A program made the position numbers and the translations under genes. Below, in pieces: positions 52,006-61,941 of a stretch of 64,000 bases of DNA. How positions within the stretch are numbered: the stretch's first letter is position 1; every line of letters starts with the position of its first letter. The notes under the pieces are model-generated. The model saw only the letters and a program-made list of their open reading frames with translations, was not told where the DNA came from and made no database searches. The stretch is from Candidatus Deferrimicrobiaceae bacterium. GTDB taxonomy: Bacteria > Desulfobacterota > Deferrimicrobia > Deferrimicrobiales > Deferrimicrobiaceae. The stretch covers positions 577,751 through 641,750 of the forward strand of contig DASXVV010000009.1 of NCBI GenBank assembly GCA_036504035.1. The letters run 5' to 3'.

Positions 52006-54264
52006 ATGTTGCCGATCCTTATCTTTATGAAAAGGGATATCGACGCAGGACGGAGTATCGACGACCGGTGCCGGCGCATGAGACGCCGAAAGGTAGCCGC
52101 CTGCGCTGCGCTCGTCGCCGCGTTGCTCGTCTCCTCCTCCGCGCACGGGCGTCCGATGATGCCGGTACCGTACGAGCCGCCCCTCACGAAGGCGATCCGG
52201 GAGGGCGACGGCGAGGCGCTGCAGCGGTTCATCTCCAACCCGTCGATGCTACGGATTCAGGCGACGGAATGCAGCGACCATGCATCTCCCGCCGCGGTGG
52301 CGGCAGCGTACGGGCGGATCGATGTCCTGAAAGCGCTGGTCGAGAACGGCGCCTCGGTCGAAGGCGCCGAGTGCGGGGGCAACACCCCGTTGTACGAAGC
52401 CGCCGACCAGGGACGGATCGCCATCGTCCGCTACCTTCTCTCGAAAGGCGCCGCGCCGAGTCCCCCGGGAAATGAGCGTCACCCCGTGCTCCTGGTCGCC
52501 ATCACCGGTTCCCTGGGATTCCGCGGGAAGCCGGAAGAGGCGCGGGACACGATCGAGCTGGCGCGCGCACTCCTGGAAGCGGGCGCCGACCCGTCCAAGG
52601 CCGACGTGTGGGGCGTCACGCCGCTCTTCCGCGCCGTCCGGCAGGCCGACGCGCGGCTCGTCCGACTCCTCCTGGCGTTCGGCGCCGATCCGGCTGCAAA
52701 AAATCCCCAGGGGAAAAGTGCCCTCGATCTCGCGAAAGAAAGCCGCCTCGACTATATCGCCGCGCTTTTCCGGGGCGATAAACCGTCCCGGGCCCCCCTG
52801 CCGGACCCGCCGCTCGTCGTGGCGGTCAAGGCCTCCGACATGCCCGGGATCAAGAGAATCGTCGACTCCGCGACAGGCCTCGACGCCCGCGACGATGGCG
52901 GCAGCAGCGCCCTCCTCCACGCGGCCGCTCGAGGGAACGAAGCCGCCGCAGCGCTTCTGATCAAAGGAGGAGCCGACCCGGACATCCGGAACCAGGGAAA
53001 CGCCACATCGTTGATTTATGCCGCCTCCGGAGGTTTCCCAGGGATCGTGGAAGGGCTCCTCTCGAAAGGGGCCGACGTCCGCGCCCGGGATTTCCGGGGG
53101 AACACCGCGCTGCATTACGCGGTGCAACAGGATCGACCTCCGGTCATCGCCCTGCTTGCGGCGGCGAAGGCCGACACGGAGGATCCCGACGACCAGGGCG
53201 TCACGCTGCTCATGGTCGCCGCGGACAGCGGTTTTACGGAAGCGGCCAAGACGCTGCTGGACGGCGGCGCCAAGGCCGGTGCCACCGACAAGGAGGGTCG
53301 CACCGCCCTGATGCACGCCGCAAAGGCGGGGAACAAGGGCGTCGCCGACCTTCTGCTGGCCGCGGGCGCCGACGCCGATGCGAAGGACAAGGACGGCGAT
53401 ACCGCCCTGAAGCTCGCGATCGATTCCGGACATGCGGACATCGCGGACACCCTCATGGGAAAAAGCGGCGCGGTCCCCGATCGCGGGGCGCTGTGGGGCG
53501 CGCTGTCCAACCAGGACGTCCGGCTTGTCGAGACGCTCCTCAAGAAGGGCGTCGATCCCAACTCGCCGCGGGGGGAAACCCCGTTGCTGACGATCGCCGC
53601 CGGCGCCTACAAAGAGAAGCTGTCGCTCACCCGTCTGATGGTCGAGGCAGGCGCCCACGTGAATGATGCCGCCTCCGACGGGAAAACGGCGCTGATGGAG
53701 GCCGCCTGCGGGTCGGGGGATGATTCCACCGACACGCTGAAGTATCTCCTGGCCCACGGCGCCGACCCGAAAGCCCGCGACGGGAAGGGCCGAACTGCCT
53801 GGCGCTACGCGATGGAATCGGGACACAATCGGAGCGCGAAGGCGCTCGAGGCGGCCGGTGCCCCGGCGGAATACGAATCGCTGGCATGGGACGGAATCTT
53901 TTTTCACGGGAGCGACCGGAACCCCGCGTCTCGTCCGATCGAGAGCCGTGAGGCCTGGGCCGCCCTCTGGAAAGGGATGGGGCAGGAGGGCGAGGCGCCC
54001 GAGATCGATTTCGGCCGTTTTGCTGCGGCCTTCGTGTCGCTGGGCCCGATCGAGGACGCGGAGACGGAAGGTATCCGGTTCGGAGCCCCCGTGCGCGAAG
54101 GGGACACCCTCATCATCCCCTGGTCGACCCACGCCTACGTCATCTACGACCTCTTTTCCACCGTCCCTTATGCCGTGAAAATCGTCGATCGCAAGGGAGC
54201 CGGAACGATCGCCGTCAAGAGCGCGCGGAACGGGCACGACCGCCCGGAAGGAGCCACGAAGTGA
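52006..54264 (+). CDS. Secreted ankyrin-repeat protein (about 16-18 ankyrin repeats) with a C-terminal non-ankyrin domain of about 140 aa
   Basis: Signal peptide (likely start at 52078, MRRRKVAACAALVAALLVSSSAHG) and repeated ankyrin consensus (G.TPL..A...G......LL..GAD.). The C-terminus from about residue 610 has no ankyrin pattern. Confidence 0.85.
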   Translation: MLPILIFMKRDIDAGRSIDDRCRRMRRRKVAACAALVAALLVSSSAHGRPMMPVPYEPPLTKAIREGDGEALQRFISNPSMLRIQATECSDHASPAAVAAAYGRIDVLKALVENGASVEGAECGGNTPLYEAADQGRIAIVRYLLSKGAAPSPPGNERHPVLLVAITGSLGFRGKPEEARDTIELARALLEAGADPSKADVWGVTPLFRAVRQADARLVRLLLAFGADPAAKNPQGKSALDLAKESRLDYIAALFRGDKPSRAPLPDPPLVVAVKASDMPGIKRIVDSATGLDARDDGGSSALLHAAARGNEAAAALLIKGGADPDIRNQGNATSLIYAASGGFPGIVEGLLSKGADVRARDFRGNTALHYAVQQDRPPVIALLAAAKADTEDPDDQGVTLLMVAADSGFTEAAKTLLDGGAKAGATDKEGRTALMHAAKAGNKGVADLLLAAGADADAKDKDGDTALKLAIDSGHADIADTLMGKSGAVPDRGALWGALSNQDVRLVETLLKKGVDPNSPRGETPLLTIAAGAYKEKLSLTRLMVEAGAHVNDAASDGKTALMEAACGSGDDSTDTLKYLLAHGADPKARDGKGRTAWRYAMESGHNRSAKALEAAGAPAEYESLAWDGIFFHGSDRNPASRPIESREAWAALWKGMGQEGEAPEIDFGRFAAAFVSLGPIEDAETEGIRFGAPVREGDTLIIPWSTHAYVIYDLFSTVPYAVKIVDRKGAGTIAVKSARNGHDRPEGATK

Positions 54265-55730
54265 ACCGTCGACACGCATTGCCTGCCCTGTTCCTGGCCT
54301 GCCTGCTGGCCGTCCCGGTCCTGCCCCCGGGCGAGGCCCGGGCCGAATCGGAACCGGTCCGGTACGCCGCTTATGGAGAGGTCCCCGAGGTCACCGGCAT
54401 CGAGACCGAGTGCATGGAGTGTGGCGGGAAGAACGGCAGCCACCGGAGCAATTGCCCCTACGCCCGAGGCGGCGGCAGCGATTCCGGGGAGGAACGCGCG
54501 CCCCACGTGGACATCACCCATGCGCCCATCTTCGTCGCCCCGGCGGGTTTTATCGGCGGGATCTTCATGGGAGGCGGATGGTTCTTCGGCGAGATGGCCG
54601 GAAAATATCCCGATGTCGGGTTCTTCGACAGCTATCACAATTACATGTCCATCAAATCCGACGACAAGCAGTTCAGCGGCCCCTTCAACGCCGGGACCCA
54701 TGCAGGGGGGCTGCCGTGGCTGGTGCTCGGCGCGGTCACCGTTCCCATCCGGGCGGGCATTGTCGCGTTGGCCGACCTCGCCTCGCGCCCTTCCCCGCCG
54801 CCGCCTCCGAAGGCGGTCGACCCGAACATCGCAGTCTACGAGGCGATCGCGAACGGCTACCGGGGTTTCCGCGATGCGGCGAAGACCGAGTTCGACAAGG
54901 CCGCCGGCGACGTCCGGGCCGCCGAGCTGCGCCGCGAAAAATATCTCGACGCATTCATCGCCGACCGCCCCGAGCTCTGCAAGCTTCGGGATGCCGAAGG
55001 GGTGGAGGCCGCGCGCGCACGTGCCGCCGGCAAACTCGACGCGTGGAGCCGGTCACGGGACGAAAAGGCGAAACTCGCCGCCGCGCTGAGGGACGACATC
55101 CGGGAAAAGGACGCCTTCTGCAGGGCTGCCATCGAAAAGGTCGGTCTCGGCAGCTTCCTCGTCGACCTCAAGGTCGACAAGACGGCGACGGATCTGAAAA
55201 CGATGAAAGACGACCTGTCGCTGCCGAAGGAGATCCGCGAGGCCTACGGGCGGGAACACAAGCTGACTGACCGGATTTCGAAAATGAAAAGCTCCTACGA
55301 CATCGCGACGGACCTGAAATCGCTGGCCGAATCGGGCGCCCGCGCACATCGGGAGGGAAAGGACCTCACCGAATGGATCGGGGAGGCCGAGACGAAGGAA
55401 TCGCTGCTTCGGCTGAACCTCAAGCTGCTGGCGGTTCCCGAGACGAAGCTGGCTGTCGGCAAGGTTGCCGGAGGGGCCGAAACGCTGATGGATATCATCT
55501 ACGCGACGGCCGCCAACACGTATTTCGCGGCCCATGTCGAGAAGGAACGGGCGCTGCTTGGGGAGCTGGCCACCGCGCGCGTCTTCGAGGACGTCATGGG
55601 CGACGACTGGAAACGCATCAATGTCCCGATCGAAGCCGCAAGGAACCGGGTGAAAACGATCGGCGCAAAAGTTGACCGATACGCAAATCTGGTGACGGAG
55701 AATGAAGCCAATGCGAACAAATACCGCTGA
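54261..55730 (+). CDS. Secreted protein, function unknown (Cys-rich N-terminal segment, hydrophobic Gly-rich patch, long charged coiled-coil C-terminal half)
   Basis: Signal peptide ALFLACLLAVPVLPPGEARA and CMECGG...NCPY. Its start overlaps the ankyrin gene stop (GTGA). Confidence 0.6.
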   Translation: MNRRHALPALFLACLLAVPVLPPGEARAESEPVRYAAYGEVPEVTGIETECMECGGKNGSHRSNCPYARGGGSDSGEERAPHVDITHAPIFVAPAGFIGGIFMGGGWFFGEMAGKYPDVGFFDSYHNYMSIKSDDKQFSGPFNAGTHAGGLPWLVLGAVTVPIRAGIVALADLASRPSPPPPPKAVDPNIAVYEAIANGYRGFRDAAKTEFDKAAGDVRAAELRREKYLDAFIADRPELCKLRDAEGVEAARARAAGKLDAWSRSRDEKAKLAAALRDDIREKDAFCRAAIEKVGLGSFLVDLKVDKTATDLKTMKDDLSLPKEIREAYGREHKLTDRISKMKSSYDIATDLKSLAESGARAHREGKDLTEWIGEAETKESLLRLNLKLLAVPETKLAVGKVAGGAETLMDIIYATAANTYFAAHVEKERALLGELATARVFEDVMGDDWKRINVPIEAARNRVKTIGAKVDRYANLVTENEANANKYR

Positions 55731-56178
55731 CGATCGAATGCCACGCCTGGTTGCGATCGTCTGCCTCTTCTCGTTGCTCGCCTTCGGCTGCGCCGGTGTG
55801 AAGCCCCGCCCGGCATCGCCTCCGTCCGTCCTTTCGGATCAGGCTGCCAAGACGGGAATCCGGGCCGGCGTCCAATCGCTCGCCGATTTCCGGCGTGCGC
55901 GGATCGAGGCCGAATCCCGGAACCGCACCCCCGATTTCGCCCCGGCGCGAAAAGCGCTCGGAGACTCCCTCGCCGTACTCCGTCCGGCAGGTGGCGCCTT
56001 AGGGCCGGTCGAATTGGAAGGAGCGGTCCTCGCCCTCGAGACGGCCTGCGTCGCCATGGACACGATCATTGCCGCGACGGCGAACGGGGACGCCCGATCC
56101 GAGGCGGTCGGGTGGGAGATGTTAGACCAGTCGGTCGGCGCGATCCTACTGACCGCCAAACCGATCCAGGGCGGCTGA
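55702..56178 (+). CDS. Small lipoprotein, function unknown (third gene of the ankyrin operon)
   Basis: Lipobox LLAFGCAG. It overlaps the upstream gene by 29 nt if the first ATG is used; an alternative start is at 55738. Confidence 0.55.
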   Translation: MKPMRTNTADDRMPRLVAIVCLFSLLAFGCAGVKPRPASPPSVLSDQAAKTGIRAGVQSLADFRRARIEAESRNRTPDFAPARKALGDSLAVLRPAGGALGPVELEGAVLALETACVAMDTIIAATANGDARSEAVGWEMLDQSVGAILLTAKPIQGG

Positions 56179-56194
56179 GAATCGGTGAAGAAGG

Positions 56195-56488
56195 TCAATC
56201 CGGCGTTCCATCGTCGCTTTCCGTGATGTCGACCTCCACGCTCGCCGCCCCTTTCGGGTTGAGGAGCGAGTAGACGCCGTATCCGGCAAGCATCAGGTTC
56301 ACCACGCACCAGATGATTCCGAACATGATGATCGGCAGGCGTCCATCCTCGGACTCGCCGATGACGCTTCCGAAGAGCACGACACCGAACGCCAGGAAGA
56401 GGAGAGGAAGGACGATCAATGCAATCGCCCCCGCCTTCCCGGGCCGGACCCGCACCGTGACCGTTTTTCCGCTCTCCCTGTTTCCCAT
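56195..56488 (-). CDS. Small two-transmembrane-segment membrane protein (97 aa), function unknown
   Basis: Two hydrophobic helices flanked by charged N- and C-termini; located in an AT-richer segment. Confidence 0.45.
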   Translation of the reverse strand: MGNRESGKTVTVRVRPGKAGAIALIVLPLLFLAFGVVLFGSVIGESEDGRLPIIMFGIIWCVVNLMLAGYGVYSLLNPKGAASVEVDITESDDGTPD

Positions 56489-56562
56489 CCGTCATCCTCC
56501 GTCGTCGTCGATTAGGATCTTGATACTATCGCCTATCCATACACCAGAACGAGGTTCCCAGG

Positions 56563-57175
56563 ATGGCACGCCCTTCCCGAGCATCACTCAAGGCAGCGCT
56601 GTTTCTCGTTGTTTCGAACGTGCTGGTTTACATCCAGGCCGTCCGCTTCGGGTTCGTCTTCGACGACGGGCAATATATTGGCGGTCCCCCCAGGTCCTGC
56701 GGGGACTGACGCCGGACGGCATCCTGTGGGCCTTCACGCGCCGAACAGCCGAAGATGGGGCGCTATGCGCTGATGGTCACGTTGTTCGTCCTGCTCCTGA
56801 TGGGTATCTGGCCGCTCGGCCGTTTCGGCGGCGTGGCGGGGACGCGGTCCGGGATTCCTCCCGTTGCAGTATCGGGACTTCTGCTGGAGAAGCTTCCGCT
56901 TCTCCTCCTGTCCGCCGTTTCCAGCGTCGTGACGATCGCCGCACAGGGATCCTGGACAATCGCGGTCTCCTGTATCGTCCTGATCTCCGTGACCGTGCTG
57001 CTCTCCGGGAGTGGAAGCGTCGCTCCTGGATCCTGACGGGATGGCTCTGGTACCTTGGGACGCTTGTTCCCGTGATCGGCTTGATGCAAGTGGGCGTCCA
57101 GCCTCGGGCGGACCGGTACACCTTCCTTCCGCTCATCGGGATACTCATCGTCGTCGCGTGGGGATCGCCGGCAAC
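56563..57175 (+). pseudogene. Degraded remnant of the N-terminal membrane domain of a TPR-repeat, PMT-like (GT39/DUF1736-type) membrane protein; at least 3 frameshifts, an internal deletion and 3' truncation
   Basis: Family-typical segments appear in three frames: VYIQAVRFGFVFDDGQY (frame 1), PQVLRGLTPDGILWAFT (frame 0, after the poly-C tract 56686-56691), RYALMVTLFVLLLMGIWPLGRF (frame 1) and WLWYLGTLVPVIGLMQVGVQPRADRYTFLPLIG (frame 0). No TPR-encoding C-terminal part follows. Confidence 0.6.
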
Positions 57176-57275
57176 GGTGCGCCATCGATCAACATCAACC
57201 GTCCATCGACGGTTCTGCTGTAAGCATCCCCTCCCTCCGCGCCGGCATCCAAAAGCAGACAAAGGAGGGAATCCC

Positions 57276-57734
57276 ATGAAAACAACCGGCTTTTCATACG
57301 TGACTTATATCTCGTCGACGCCCGAGGCGGTGTGGAACGCGCTTCTCGACAAGGAGACGACCAGGAAGTATTGGGAACATGCGAATGTCTCGGATTGGCG
57401 CCCCGGCTCGAGATGGGAGCATCGCGACCTCGAGAACAAGGAGAAGCTCGACATCGTCGGGAAGGTCGTGGAGTTCATCCCGCCCCGGCGGCTGGTCCTG
57501 TCCTGGGTGGACCCGGCCGACGAAGCCCGTGCGGAGAAATACTCCCGGGTCGCGATCGAGATCGAGCCGACCGCCGGCGTCACCCGCCTGTCGGTCGTAC
57601 ACGACGACCTCGAACCGGACTCGGATATGTTGAAAGGAATCTCGGAGGGGTGGCCGATGGTCCTTTCAAGCCTGAAGACGCTGCTCGAAACGGGACGGGC
57701 GCTCCCCAGCCTCTGGATGCGAGACGCCGCGTGA
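57276..57734 (+). CDS. SRPBCC-superfamily protein (AHSA1/START-like, polyketide-cyclase fold)
   Basis: 152 aa. The AAAGGAGGG ribosome-binding site 7 nt upstream and the MKTTGFSYVTYISSTPEAVWNALLD start are typical of the Activator-of-Hsp90-ATPase-homolog-like bacterial family. Confidence 0.75.
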   Translation: MKTTGFSYVTYISSTPEAVWNALLDKETTRKYWEHANVSDWRPGSRWEHRDLENKEKLDIVGKVVEFIPPRRLVLSWVDPADEARAEKYSRVAIEIEPTAGVTRLSVVHDDLEPDSDMLKGISEGWPMVLSSLKTLLETGRALPSLWMRDAA

Positions 57735-57765
57735 GAGGAACGCCCCGCGCGCTGCGCCCCCCCTT

Positions 57766-58767
<1,002 letters not shown>

Positions 58768-58794
58768 TGTGCCCTCCGCGAGAGTGCTCGGGCC

Positions 58795-59439
58795 ATGCGG
58801 CCCTGCCGGATGATGTGCGTATCGTTTTGCATTATACAACCAGCTTCCATGCTGGCCGGTTTTTCGGACTCCGCGGACGTGGACCGCCCGTTCGATTTCG
58901 GACAATCGGCCGAGGACGCCGTCGGGCTGCTCCGCTATCTCGGAATCGGGAAGGCCGACTTCCTCGGATACAGCAACGGGGGGCATATCGCGATCGAAAT
59001 CGCACTGCGGCACCCGGAGGCAGTCCGGAAGCTCGTCGTCGAGTCGGCCATGTTCGACCGGGGGGGGAGCGACCCCGGATTCTGGAGGGGATTCGAAAGC
59101 GCGAAGCTTGCGGACATGCCGGCGGAGCTTTCGGAGGCCTATCTCAAGACGGCGCCGCGGCCGCAGGACCTTCCGGTCTTCTTCAACAAGAGCGTGGCAC
59201 GGATGCGCGCCTTCAAGGGGTGGACGCGCGACGAGATCCGGTCGATCCTTGCCCCGACGCTGGTCCTGGTCGGCGACCGGGACATCGTGCGGCCCGAGCA
59301 CGCCGTCGAGATGGTCCGGCTGCTCCCGCACGCCCGCCTCGCCGTGCTGCCGGACACCGACCACATGGCGATCGTCGACCGCGCGGGCCTGGTCTGCCCG
59401 ATCGTCGAATCGTTCCTCGACGCGCCGATTCCCAAATGA
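58795..59439 (+). pseudogene. N-terminally truncated alpha/beta-hydrolase gene (nucleophile elbow GYSNGG and C-terminal half present; first ~60-80 residues missing)
   Basis: Only about 40 codons of ORF precede the GxSxG motif. The divergent aldo/keto reductase gene begins 28 nt upstream, leaving no room for the missing N-terminal strands and oxyanion-hole region. Confidence 0.55.
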
Positions 59440-59749
59440 GCGAAAAGCTGAAGAAGGCGCCGTTCGAAGACGCCGACGTCGAGACCCGGCCCTTGAACGA
59501 AGCCGAGGAAACGACCGGACATGATCCCCTACTCGAATGGCGAAAAATCTTCATGTGTTCGGTCTTTATTTCCTGTTTTCTTTCCGCGCCCGGCGATGCG
59601 AACAGCCGCTGCCGCGCCCGATCCCCTGCGGTTTCAGCCATCTGCCTTCCGATCTTCCACAGGACCGGGAATTGCTATCGTCCCACTCGGTTGATCTGTT
59701 TCGAATCTTGGAGCGACAACCCACTACTGCCGAAAGGAGTGCCACGGAC

Positions 59750-60922
59750 ATGAAAAGATGCGCGTTCCCCGGTCGTATCATTGTACTGATCGTGTCGGCC
59801 ATGGTCGGATCAACGGGGGTAGCTCAAGCGACGGGTGATGCGATCCTGAACCGGCTTGACAACATCGACACTATCGCGTATACGGTCCCCGCGAACGGCG
59901 ACATCAACCCCTACGGCGTCGCCCGTGTGGAGCGAACGGTGGGCAATTTGAAGGCCGGCCACATCCTGGTGAGCAATTTCAACGACAATAACAACTTGCA
60001 GGGCACCGGCATCACCATCGTCGATGTGGCTCCGGGCGGCTCGGTAAGCCTGTTTGCCCAGCTGTCCGACGATCAATTGCCCCGGCAGTGCCCCGGCGGC
60101 ATCGGGCTGACGACCGCGCTCGTGGCGCTGCGCTCCGGATGGGTGATCGTCGGCAGCCTGCCCACCGCGGACGGCACATCCGCCACCGCGCAAGCCGGTT
60201 GCCTGATCGTGCTCGACAACACCGGCAAACCCGTGGATACCATTTTCGGCTCCCTGATCAATGGCCCCTGGGACATGACCGCATGGGAGAACGGAAACGA
60301 GGCGAAGCTGTTCGTGACCAACGTGCTCAACGACACCGTCGCAGCCAACGGGAAAATCGTGAATCGGGGCACCGTCGTCCGTATCAACCTGGACCTGTCC
60401 GGTGAAAACACCCCCACGATCGAGTCCATGACCGTGGTCGGTTCCGGTTTCCCGGAGCGCACCGACATCGCCGCGCTCGTCATCGGCCCGACGGGCGTCG
60501 GTCTCAGCCCGGGATTGGATGACGAGACTCGTCGGAAAGTATGGGGGGGATGGGCACAGTCCATCGATCGGGAACGTGTGCTCTACGTCGCCGACAGTCT
60601 GAACAACCGAATCGCGGTGATCCCGGAAGCCCTCGACCGCACCACTTCGGCCGGCCTCGGTTTGACGCTTGCCACCGGTGGAAGCCTGAACGATCCCCTT
60701 GGGCTGGTCGTGGCTCCGAACGGCCACATCCTGACGGTCAATGGCAATGACGGCTTCATAACCGAGATCACTCCGCAAGGCCGCCAGATCGCCAAGAAGC
60801 TGCTGGACAATACAGGCGGTCCGCCTCCCGGAGCCGGAACGCTGTTCGGCCTGGCTTTCGATCCGAAGGCGGGAATCTATTTCGTGGACGACGGAACCAA
60901 CACCTTGAATCTGCTGCATTGA
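59750..60922 (+). CDS. Secreted NHL-repeat / beta-propeller protein
   Basis: GAAAGGAG ribosome-binding site; signal peptide MKRCAFPGRIIVLIVSAMVGSTGVAQA; NHL-like blades (LYVADSLNNRIAVI, GLVVAPNGHILTVNGNDG). Confidence 0.65.
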   Translation: MKRCAFPGRIIVLIVSAMVGSTGVAQATGDAILNRLDNIDTIAYTVPANGDINPYGVARVERTVGNLKAGHILVSNFNDNNNLQGTGITIVDVAPGGSVSLFAQLSDDQLPRQCPGGIGLTTALVALRSGWVIVGSLPTADGTSATAQAGCLIVLDNTGKPVDTIFGSLINGPWDMTAWENGNEAKLFVTNVLNDTVAANGKIVNRGTVVRINLDLSGENTPTIESMTVVGSGFPERTDIAALVIGPTGVGLSPGLDDETRRKVWGGWAQSIDRERVLYVADSLNNRIAVIPEALDRTTSAGLGLTLATGGSLNDPLGLVVAPNGHILTVNGNDGFITEITPQGRQIAKKLLDNTGGPPPGAGTLFGLAFDPKAGIYFVDDGTNTLNLLH

Positions 60923-61009
60923 AGCAGGCGCAAGATCGATCAGTCCAGGAGATGACGCCGGCATCCTGCAACGATGCCGGCGTCAAAACAGAAAAATGAA
61001 TCGAGATAT

Positions 61010-61086
61010 TGGTCGGGATGACTGGATTCGAACCAGCGACCCTCTGCTCCCAAAGCAGATGCGCTACCAAGCTGCGCTACATCCCG
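61010..61086 (-). tRNA. tRNA-Pro (anticodon TGG), 77 nt with encoded CCA
   Basis: The reverse complement reads CGGGATG-TA-GCGC-AGCTTGGTA-GCGC-A-TCTGC-TTTGGGA-GCAGA-GGGTC-GCTGG-TTCGAAT-CCAGT-CATCCCG-A-CCA. The cloverleaf is identical in architecture to E. coli proM-type tRNA-Pro(UGG). Confidence 0.9.
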
Positions 61087-61161
61087 ACTTGTGGGGAAGT
61101 TATTGGATATACGCTGATTTTAGGAATATTGCACCGACGCAAAAACGGGCGGTTTCGGCCC

Positions 61162-61413
61162 TCAAGACGAGTTCTGCCAGAATTCTGCCATGTCCTTTTC
61201 CGTTAACGCCTGTTCCGCCGCCGTTTCCCACTCAGGCAAACGCTCGACGGCGTCGTGATCGCGTCCTTTCAAATTGATGTTATGAAGGCGCGCGCCTTCA
61301 GAGATGACCTCTTGCGCCATGTTCCAGAAGGTGATTTCCGGAGAGGTCGCGCACCCAGCGAGTGCGAGGGAGAGAATCGCAAGACAGGCTCTTTTCATAC
61401 CTTTCCTTCCCAA
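61162..61413 (-). CDS. Small lipoprotein (83 aa), function unknown
   Basis: Signal/lipobox MKRACLAILSLALAGC, in an AT-richer region next to the tRNA. Confidence 0.45.
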   Translation of the reverse strand: MGRKGMKRACLAILSLALAGCATSPEITFWNMAQEVISEGARLHNINLKGRDHDAVERLPEWETAAEQALTEKDMAEFWQNSS

Positions 61414-61701
61414 GGGTATTTCGCATGATCCGGGACGGGAATTCCATTCGAATGCCCACGGTTATCTTTTCAAGGCTGCAGACGCAAAACTTCATTTTTA
61501 TTTCGGCCGCTCCATCCCGTCGCGGATAAGGTCAAGTTGGAGAATGGATAATCTGTTCCGATTCCGTAAATGTAACGTTGGCCCGGCCTGCATATCGTAA
61601 TCGTTCTCAAAAAATGGCAGAGGCCTGCGATATCCCAGGGGTCAGAAGAGATAAACTGTTTATATTTGGACATTTGTTACATCCCCGCCCACCAATATCG
61701 T

Positions 61702-61717
61702 TTATGGCACGCAAAAT
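61702..61717 (+). promoter_or_regulatory. Candidate sigma-54 promoter (TGGCACG-N4-ATGC), flanked by two copies of a 13-bp direct repeat CATTTGTTACATC (61668-61680 and 61726-61738)
   Basis: tggcacgcaaaatgct has the GG/GC dinucleotides at the correct 10-bp spacing, with one mismatch in the -12 box. It lies about 225 nt upstream of the cytochrome c gene. Confidence 0.35.
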
Positions 61718-61941
61718 GCTATAACCATTTGTTACATCAATTTAGAATCGACCTTAATGTTTATGTCCCATGGAGGCGCTGCTTTATCTGGGCGAGTATC
61801 CCGGTGCGCCCGCCAGCATCAATGAATTTCCACGGTGAAAATCTTTATTCACAGGAGGTGTCCGAAGATACAAGATCTTGTGAGTCAAGGGGTATCTACA
61901 CAAACAACCATGCACCAACAAACACAGATGGAGGATTGTCC

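Noticed and set aside
56313-57734. 473-aa ORF from the track
   Set aside because: It is a chimera. The 5' two-thirds is one frame of the degraded TPR-membrane-protein remnant. The real gene is the SRPBCC protein starting at 57276, which has its own ribosome-binding site.
59437-59753. Short ORF MSEKLKKAPFEDADVETRPLNEAEE... overlapping the hydrolase stop (ATGA)
   Set aside because: The first ~40 residues look protein-like, but the rest is Cys/Ser/Arg-rich and runs into the NHL gene leader. It is possibly another gene fragment. It is not reported as a feature.
60943-60973. 11-bp perfect inverted repeat GACGCCGGCAT...ATGCCGGCGTC between the NHL gene and tRNA-Pro
   Set aside because: It has no U-tract 3' of the hairpin on either strand (A-run on plus, preceded by a T-run on minus). 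It may be a bidirectional pause or processing hairpin, but it cannot be called a Rho-independent terminator.
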